Shown here: positions 55,379 through 64,000 of the stretch, one piece after another
Position numbering within the stretch: the stretch's first letter is position 1
How the letters are laid out: every line of letters begins with the position of its first letter
DNA from: Eledone cirrhosa
Lineage: Eukaryota
Reading direction: 5' to 3'
NCBI GenBank assembly: GCA_964016885.1
Contig: OZ024744.1
Span: 53,816,001 to 53,880,000, forward strand
Length of the DNA: 64,000 bases
The notes under the pieces: generated by a model
Told to the model about the DNA's origin: nothing
The model's input: the letters and a program-made list of their open reading frames with translations, nothing else
Databases searched by the model: none
Made by a program: the position numbers and the translations under genes

Positions 55379-55872
55379 TTCAATGGTGCCCCTTGAGAGA
55401 TGTGGGCCAAAATCTTATCTTATTGTGTCGTATAATCCCTTCAAGTCTTTGCTGTTATAAGCTTTCTACATCTCTGCTGAAATTTCAGACCAATAGTCAT
55501 TCTTTATCTTAAGAAGGTTACATTGCAGTTTTGACTTTGCTTCTTTAAAAACATTCTAAAACGTGGTCCTCACTGGATCCTCTACAAGACACTTCTCATA
55601 TAGCTTGTTCTTCTCTTCAATGAACATACAATGAAGAGAAGAACAAGCTATATGAGAAGTGTCATGTAGAGGATCCAGTGAGGACCACGTTTGAGAATGT
55701 TTTTAAAGAAGCAACGTCAAAACTGCAATGTAACCTTCTTAAGATAAAGAATGACTATTGGTCTGAAATTTCAGCAGAGATGTAGAGAGCTTATAACAGC
55801 AAAGACTTGAAGGGATTATACGACACAATAAGATAAGATTTTGGCCCACATCTCTCAAGGGGCACCATTGAA
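55379..55872. repeat. Long palindrome, 241-bp arms, 12-nt spacer
   Basis: 55379-55619 is the reverse complement of 55632-55872, with 4 mismatches seen by eye. Confidence 0.95.
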
Positions 55873-57770
55873 GTCAAACGGCGGGAACGTCCTCCTCAAA
55901 GATCTAACAAGAATCAAGAGTCGGTGGATAAAGATCTGTTTGACATCCCATCTGTTTTTTTATGAGGAAATTAATGATCGACTGTCGCAAAAGGAGACTA
56001 ACAGAGATAAGGTCTATTATCAAAGATGTTCGTATGCTTTGGATACAGTGCTCCAGGTTTGAATGGAATACTGTTGGGTTGATACACTTTGAAGGAGACA
56101 ATGGGCTAGTCTTATCTCTGTGGCATGTTGAGCCTGTCCAGTAAGACAGGGTAGACGAAACCTTACTGCCGAATCACAAAGGCAATGTCTCCATGTCTGA
56201 ATGTGGTGATTATCGTGGTTTAAGTCTACTTGAATCGGTAGGAAAGGTATTATCCAAGATCTTGCTGAATCATCTGATAAAATGGATCAGCTCTGATGCC
56301 CTCCCTGAGACGCAGTGGGGATACAGAGCTAGGGGAGGTACTATGGATATGATTTTCTCAGCCTGCCATCTTTTGAAGAAGTGTGTTGAGAAGTGAGTGC
56401 CACTCTACCAAGTATTTGTGGAGCTTACCAAAGCATTTGATACTGTTAACCGTAGTGCATTGGAGGTCATATTGGGGAAAATTGGATGCCCTCATGAATT
56501 TGAAAGAATATTTTAAAAACTACATTAAAATATGAAAGCAAAAGTGAACTTCAATTGGACACTTTCAGAGCCAATTTCAGTGAAAACAGTGTCAAGTATG
56601 GTGACATATCTACACCGACACTCTTCTCCATCTACTTCGCCATGCTGCTGACCTATATATTTCAATATTTTGAAATAGGTGTATACTTGCGAATTAGAAT
56701 CGCTGGCAAAGTCTTTAAACTATGACGTTTAACATTTGGCACTCTTGTCATGGAGTTCCTATATGCTGATAATTGTTTCTACTTTTGGCACAAGGCCAGT
56801 AATTACCCAGTGCATTACTGGTACTTTATTTTATCGACCCCGTAAGGATGAAAGGCAAAGTTAACCTCGGCGGGATTTGAACTCAGATATGCTGATAATG
56901 CAATGGAGAGATCTGTGTTCTTACAGTCCTGCTATACGGATGCAAAATGTGGACAACTTTCAAGCATCACATCAGGCAGCTGGACAGATTTCATCAGCAT
57001 TGTATCCGACGCATACTGAACACCAAGTGGTTCTCTTACACACATGATGCTCCTATACACGAAAAAGGGACCAGCACCAGTATTGTGAGGAAGATTATGA
57101 ACCAGATACCATGGGCTGGTCAGGATGGAAGATGTCAGTTTGCCTAAACAGCTATTTTATGGGGAGCTGATCAGAGGGAAAAGGCCACAGAATAAACCAA
57201 ACAAACAGATTAGGGATGTCTTAAAAAACAATCTTAAATTTCTGAAGATTGATATGGAGAACTGGAAGGCACTGGCTGCCGGTCGTACATCACGGAGAAA
57301 GATCAGATGTGATGTCTTTGAGAAAAATCGAGTGGAGTCTGCTGTTTTGAAGCTTTCACTCCGTAAGGGTGACCTAAGTGCCGTGCCTGCAAAAATCCAG
57401 CAGAAATTGAAGTGCAATGAATGTGGCCGATTACTTCTATCAGGACCTGGAATTGTCAGCCATCTGAGTCACAAAAGCCAGTGAGATATCGAGCAACCTG
57501 TGAGATAGTTCTACTGCCACACACTCCACAAAACATTTGCAGTGAGTGTGGCTTAATTTGCAGGTGGACTGATCTGACATAGTAAAATGTATGAAGACAA
57601 ACCCCAGCCAGTATTCTCAGGAGACAGACAGTTCAAGAGTTACATCTTTGAACGTATCTGCAAAACAAAAGTGGGTCTAAAAATATTCTGCGTGTACATG
57701 ACCGTTCCATGTTCAATGAAGGGATGGCAATCTTCTGACAAGCAGTAGCAATTTGTATGTATGTATGTAA
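55632..57770 (+). mobile_element. RTE-clade LINE, 5'-truncated, decayed
   Basis: DYRGLSLL, LPETQWGYR, LTKAFDTV, FLYAD, LLYGCKMW, LPKQLFYGEL, C2H2 fingers; (TATG)n tail. Confidence 0.87.
56774..56886 (-). mobile_element. 5'-truncated Nin-domain SINE
   Basis: Near-identical to 53281-53395; 13-bp TSD ATATGCTGATAAT. Confidence 0.9.
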
Positions 57771-58072
57771 ACCACTGGGAGTGAAGAACCCCTAGCATTT
57801 GTCAGGGCATTCTTCTAGAAGACAACTTAGGAAACTGGGATAACACCGATATAAAACCTGCGGCTCAGTAGCAACCTATCATGTTGATCTTTTCTTCTTT
57901 TCGGGTTATAGCTACTGTCGCTCAGAGAGTGGGATTGGCTCAGTGCCTAATCTTTCCTCACTTTAAAAAATATCTTCACGCACAGACATTGCACGATAGA
58001 ATTAATTAATAATTATTAATAATGGTAAATTGTGTAATGGCCATACTCAATAACGAGGAGGCAGCCATCAAC
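57770..58072 (+). mobile_element. Bipartite non-autonomous RTE derivative
   Basis: CACTGGGAG..GAGAGTGGGATTGGCT..CTCACT..CATTGC and 3' end ACTCAATAACGAGGAGGCAGCCA, homologous to 120-532. Confidence 0.55.
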
Positions 58073-58106
58073 ATCATCATGTATATACGTACGTACGTAC
58101 GTAGTA

Positions 58107-58181
58107 GTATGTATGTATGTATGTATGTATGTATGTATGTATGTATGTATGTATGTATGTATGTATGTATGTATGTATGTA
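58107..58181. repeat. (TATG)n
   Basis: Direct reading. Confidence 0.97.
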
Positions 58182-58399
58182 CTTCTGGTTTTATAATTTC
58201 ACAAAGTTTTACCAATAGAGAGAGAGTCGGTTTCTAACATAGACACAAGACTCTCTCATTGGAATTTACACAACATCAACTAGGTAGATATGTCTGCATG
58301 CATGCATGTGTAGATATGGATGTTATTGTATGTGTGTATGTGTATGTTTTAAGTTGTATGTGTGCATGTGTATATGCTTTGTATCTGTACATGTGTATA

Positions 58400-59636
58400 T
58401 GCAGTTATTAGATCCAACATTTTTGGAATGTTTTACATATTTTTACTGTTCCATTAATGGATTGTACTTGTAATTTCCTAACTAGTTGTGTTCTTTCTGT
58501 TCCTGTGAAGCCTAGCTTCTCAAGATTTGTATTGAGGCAGTTACTAACATATCCCAGTGCCTCAATAATCACAGGCATAAATCTGAAGGTGTAATCAGGG
58601 TGGAGTATCTGCAGATTTCTCATCAGTTCTGCATAAATATTCTCCTTTTCGCTAATCTTTGATATTATATTGGCATCTGCTGGGCAGCTAATTTCCACTA
58701 CTGTGCATGTTTTCTTCTCCCTGTCCCATATCATAATATCTGTTCTTTTATGCCTGCATTTTATTGGGGTTTTTACTGGAACATTCCACCAGTACTCTTT
58801 CATATTATGTACATGGATGACTTCCACATTGTTGTAGCTTTTATGTGTTTATTATCGGTGCTATATTTTTTACGAACTGCATGGTACAGTGTTTTGGCCA
58901 CTACATCATGCCTCATAGGTAGATAGTACCGCGATGACATCTTTGGGCAGCTGCTGATGACATGGGTGATATCCTCGATGTTAGTTTTGCAGAGTCTGCA
59001 CTTATCACATCTAGGTGTTTTGCCTGCATCCCTATCTCTTTGAGAATCAGGTATTTCGTGCTAATCTCCTGTTCTTGGATTGCAAAAGCGTATCCTTCAA
59101 AGTGGGAGCCAATATAGCGGTTGTTGGTCCAAGATAGACTACTTTCCTTATCTATATTACTCTCACTCTGGAGCTTCCTGGCAACATATCCATGCATGAT
59201 TTTTTTGCTGATAGGCATGCAGTTTTTCATCCATGGATTCACTGCGATACTGCTGAGCGACATCCCTGGGTGTGAGTTTTTGATTATCACACAGGGAATA
59301 TCTCTCAAGGAGTTCCTTCCCAACTCTGATGATCTTATCTGTTTCATGCAGATAGACTTGCTCGAGAAGCGGGCTCCTACGCTTCGAGGTTCGTAGATGT
59401 TGTCGGAGAGATATGATGCGACATTCAAATGTTGTCTGGACTGATGTTAGGCCTCTGCCTCCCTGCTTACGTTTCAAGTAAAGGGGGTCTATGTCACTGT
59501 TGATGTGGAAGTTTCCGGTGTTGTTCAGTATTTTTCGAGTTCCAACATCAACTGCTCGGATTTCGTCTATCGTCCAATTGAGTATTCCAAACGTTGGGGT
59601 TAGGACAGGCACAGCAAACACATTGTGAGCCACTGG
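58400..59636 (-). mobile_element. R4-like RLE family C relative, 5'-truncated at (CATA)n
   Basis: FAVPVLTPTFG, GGRGL, FAIQEQEI, CRLC..HVISSC, RHD, HKRTDIMIW..VEISCP. Confidence 0.87.
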
Positions 59637-59724
59637 TATGTATGTATGTATGTATGTATGTATGTATGTATGTATGTATGTATGTATGTATGTATGTATG
59701 TATGTATGTATGTATGTATGTATG
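59637..59724. repeat. (TATG)n
   Basis: Direct reading. Confidence 0.97.
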
Positions 59725-59844
59725 AGTTGGTGTGTGTGTGCATGTATGGATATTAATGAATACGTGGATCTGTATGTTTTGTATTATATGCGTACACGTG
59801 TATATGTTTCTGTATCTATACATGCGTATATACAGTTATTACAT

Positions 59845-60200
59845 GCTGAATTTCTGAAATTTAAAAAAGTGTTACAGTTCCATTAATGGACGGTACTTGC
59901 AATTCCCTAAATAGCCATTCTCTTTATGGTTCTGGGAGGCTCGTCTTCACAAAATGTGTACAGCGGCAGTTAGTAAGATATCCAAGACACTCAATTATCT
60001 AAAGACACAGTTATGTTGGATTATCTGGAGATACCTCATTACTGCAGCATAAATGTACTCTTTTTCGGCAATTCCTTTTTGCGTTATAGTGATATCTTCA
60101 AAGGTTCGGATTACTTCGGCTCCCCACATGATAAATTGATTTACAGAACAAAGAAGGATTGTTCTTTCTATATCTTTCAAGATCATAGCTTTGATTTACG
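59845..60200 (-). mobile_element. Short RLE C-terminal remnant
   Basis: Colinear with 58410-58760 (GTTCCATTAATGGA; IAEKEYIYAAVMRYLQI). Confidence 0.65.
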
Positions 60201-60644
60201 TGGTTGAATGGTTATTGTTTATTATGTTAGAAAAATTGAATTGATTCAATATATGGGCTCAGGTGTTCTTGATAAACAATTGTACTCAGTTACTGAATAC
60301 CATACTGTTTAGATAGTTGCTACAGTTTCATATAAGTAAATATTGAATCTGCCATTGGCTAACAAACTTTTAAACATAAACCTATATTTTCTGTAAACTT
60401 TCAAAGTTTATATATTAATGAAAATATTTTCTGTTGACCGGAGTTCAGTAGAGAAGCATACAACTGAAATATAAGTAAGTTACTTACTATTGTATTTATT
60501 CTTTGATTTTAAGTGTAGTTTTCTGTAATTCTCTTATAAATCATTTGTGATTTAGAGTCGCCAACATCACGTTAGTTTTATTTATGTGACACCACTATGT
60601 TTTTCGGAATTTAATTACTTAAGGCTACAATGATTAAGGGCGAG

Positions 60645-61152
60645 TCAAACACAAAAGAGAGACAGCATTTCATCTTCCACTTCACAACAAAGAGAGACAG
60701 CATCACATATAGAAACTCACATAAAGGGGAGACCCACAACAATACATTTGCCAGCTGACAGAAAAGAGAAACACATGCTAGCCATCAACTACTAACAAAA
60801 CAAAACACATTAACTCATAACATAAAGACACAACATTTCAGCCATCAACTAACTACAAAGAGACAAAGAGAATCACATCAAATCTACGAACTCACAACAA
60901 AGAGAGGTACTGCATCACATATGCCAACCTACATCAAAGTGAGCCATATTATCACATCCACCATTTCAGAACAAAGACAGGCACATCATCTCATTTATTA
61001 AGTCACAACAAAGAGAGGTACCACATCACATCTGTTAACTCACAACAAAGAGTGACACATCACATCCATCAACTCACAATAAAGAGAAGTACCACATCAC
61101 ACCTGCCAAATTACAAACAAGAGAGGTACAACATCCCATCTGCTAACTCACC
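60645..61152. repeat. Degenerate ~35-bp tandem repeat
   Basis: Recurrent AACTCACAACAAAGAGAGGTACCACATCACATC variants. Confidence 0.75.
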
Positions 61153-61429
61153 ACTTATTGCTATAGTAATAATAGAAATAATTAATTTTATAATGATACC
61201 AGTAATTGATATGTCCTCACATATGCTAAAGATATTAATAATAAATTGAAATTGGTGAAGTCTAGAATGAAGCCCAAATAACAATCTCTTACTGTGTCTA
61301 GTGAAAGGTTTTGGTTGAAATGAAACAACAGACTGTAAAAACTATAATGTATTGCTGGAAGTTATAATATAGAAACCTGTAAGTATTGAGTACAACATGT
61401 TACAGTAGCACTGAAGCTGATTCATTACT

Positions 61430-63625
61430 GTGGGAGTACAACAGGTAACACAGTATTACACAATACAACTCACTACAGTGCCAGATAGTACAACAGACAA
61501 CACAGTATTACACAGTACAACTACAGTGTCAGATAGGACAACAGACAACACAGTATTACACAATACAACTCACTACAGTGTCAGATAGTCAACAGACAAC
61601 ACAGTATTACACAGTACAAAAACTATGTCAGATAGTACAACAGACAACACAGTATTACACAGTACAACTACAGTGTCAGATAGTACAACAGACAACACAG
61701 TATTACACAGTACAACTACAATGTCAAATAGTACAACAGACAACACTGTATTACACAGTACAACTACAGTGTCAGATAGTACAACAGACAACACAGTATT
61801 ACACACTACAACTACAGTGTCATATAGTACAACAGACAACACAGTATTACACAGTACAACTACAATGTCAAATAGTACAACAGACAACACTGTATTACAC
61901 AGTACAACTACAGTGTCAGATAGTATAACAGACAACACAGTATTACACAGTACAACTACAGTGTCATATAGTACAACAGACAACACAGTATTACACAGTA
62001 CAACTACAGTGTCAGATAGTACAACAGACAACACAGTATTACACAGTACAAAAACAATGTCAAATAGTACAACAGACAACACTGTATTACACAGTACAAC
62101 TCACTACAGTGTCAGATAGTACAAAAGACAACACAGTATTACACAGTACAACTCACTACAGTGTCAGATAGTACAACAGACAATACAGTATTACACAGTA
62201 CAACTACAGAGTCATAGAGTACAACAGACAACACAGTATTACACAGTACAACTACAGTGTCAGATAGTACAACAGACAACACAGTATTACACAGTACAAC
62301 TACAGTGTCAGATAGTACAACAGACAACACAGTATTACACAGTACAACTCACTACAGTGTCAGATAGTACAACAGACAACACAGTATTACACAGTACAAC
62401 TACAGTGTCAGATAGTACAACAGACAACACAGTACTACACAGTACAACTACAGTGTTAGATATTACAACGCACAATACAGTATTACACAGTATAACTACA
62501 GAGTCAGATAGTCCAACAGACAACACAGTATTACACAGTACAACTACAGTGTCAGATAGTACAACAGACAACACAGTATTACACAGTACAGCTACAGTGT
62601 CATATAGTACAACAGGCAAAACAGTATGACACAGTACAACTACAGTGTCATATAGTACAACAGACAACACAGTATTACACAGTACAACTCACTACAGTGT
62701 CAGATAGTACAAAAGACAACACAGTATTACACAGTATAACTACAGTGCCAGATAGTACAACAGACAACACAGTATTACACAATACAACTCACTACAGTGT
62801 CAGATAGTACAACAGACAACACAGTATTACATAGTACAACTACAGTGTCAGATAGTACAACAGACAACACAGTATTACACAGAACAACTACAGTGTCAGA
62901 TAGTATAACAGACAACACAGTATTACACAGTACAACTACAGTGTCATATAGTACAACAGACAACACAGTATTACACAGTACATCTACAATGTCAGATATT
63001 ACAACAGACAACACTGTATTACACAGTACAATTACAGTGTCAGATAGTACAACAGACAACACAGTATTACACAGTACATCTACAATGTCAGATATTACAA
63101 CAGACAACACTGTATTACATAGTACAACTACAGTGTCATATAGTACAACAGACAACACAGTATTACACAGTACATCTACAATGTCAGATATTACAACAGA
63201 CAACACTGTATTACATAGTACAATTACAGTGTCAGATAGTACAACAGACAACACAGTATTACACAGTACAACTACAACGTCAGATAGTACAACAGACAAC
63301 ACAGTATTACACAGTACAACTACAGTGTCAGATAGTACAAAAGACAACACAGTATTACACAATACAACTCACTACAGTGTCAGATAGTACAACAGACAAC
63401 ACAGTATTACACAGTACATCTACAATGTCAGATATTACAACAGACAACACTGTATTACACAGTACAACTACAATGTCAGATAGTACAACAGACAACACAG
63501 TATTACACAGTACAACTACAGTGCCAGATAGTACAACAGACAACACAGTATTACACAGTACATCTACTGTGTCAGATAGTACAACAGACAACGCAGTATT
63601 AAATAAGCTAACTCACTACAGTGTC
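61430..63625. repeat. 48-bp minisatellite (~45 copies) with 52-bp variants
   Basis: Unit ACTACAGTGTCAGATAGTACAACAGACAACACAGTATTACACAGTACA; variant has an extra ACTC. Confidence 0.97.
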
Positions 63626-64000
63626 ATTGGCAGAATCATTAAAGTAAACAGGTAAATTGCCAGAATCATTATAGTGTGTGTATTGACTTGGTAATTGGTC
63701 TGTCCCTCTTCTCTTTGAGTCCAAACTCTGCCAATATCTTATTTTTCATTCATATATTCCAGTTCGATAAATAACCTACAGGTCCATGGCTTGAGGCTTG
63801 GGTGAATTGGATAATTTTGACTGTAGGTTCTGATTTCAAATACCACCACATGCCATCAGGAAAGTATTGACAACTCTGCTGGGTGTTGCAGTTTTTAGGT
63901 TATATCAGCGATTGGTTTGTTCTGGCGATCTACACTTCTCCTATTAGGTGAGGTTGGCTAAATTAAACTTGGAAGAGAAGAGAATAAATATATAATGTTG

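Noticed and set aside
60290-60480. Possible host exon on minus after TTATATTTCAG
   Set aside because: All three frames stop before a credible donor; no recognisable protein
61430-63625. CRISPR-like array
   Set aside because: No unique spacers, no cas genes, eukaryotic context
61573-63655. Mucin-like SDSTTDNTVLHSTTTV ORFs
   Set aside because: Translation of the 48-bp minisatellite; frames are repeatedly broken by 52-bp units and open on both strands; no signal peptide or splice evidence

Overview
Eukaryotic, gene-free window made almost entirely of retroelements and simple repeats. The host is probably a coleoid cephalopod, inferred from a Nin-domain tRNA-SINE resembling octopus OK SINE. The centre (4836-34580) is a ~30-kb colony of 12 non-LTR retrotransposon insertions, each separated by (AAT)n. 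R4/Dong-type RLE elements all lie on +, and L1/Tx1-type APE elements all lie on -; one Tx1 has both ORFs intact. Outside the colony, Penelope-like elements and their non-autonomous pLTR derivatives sit in (TA)n and carry one canonical and several variant hammerhead-like folds. Also present are a complete-ended decayed Helitron nested in another Dong-like element, RLE and RTE remnants associated with (CATA)n, a 241-bp-arm palindrome, SINEs with TSDs, a mariner remnant and a 48-bp minisatellite. No host gene could be supported. All family assignments come from motifs read by eye, not from database searches.
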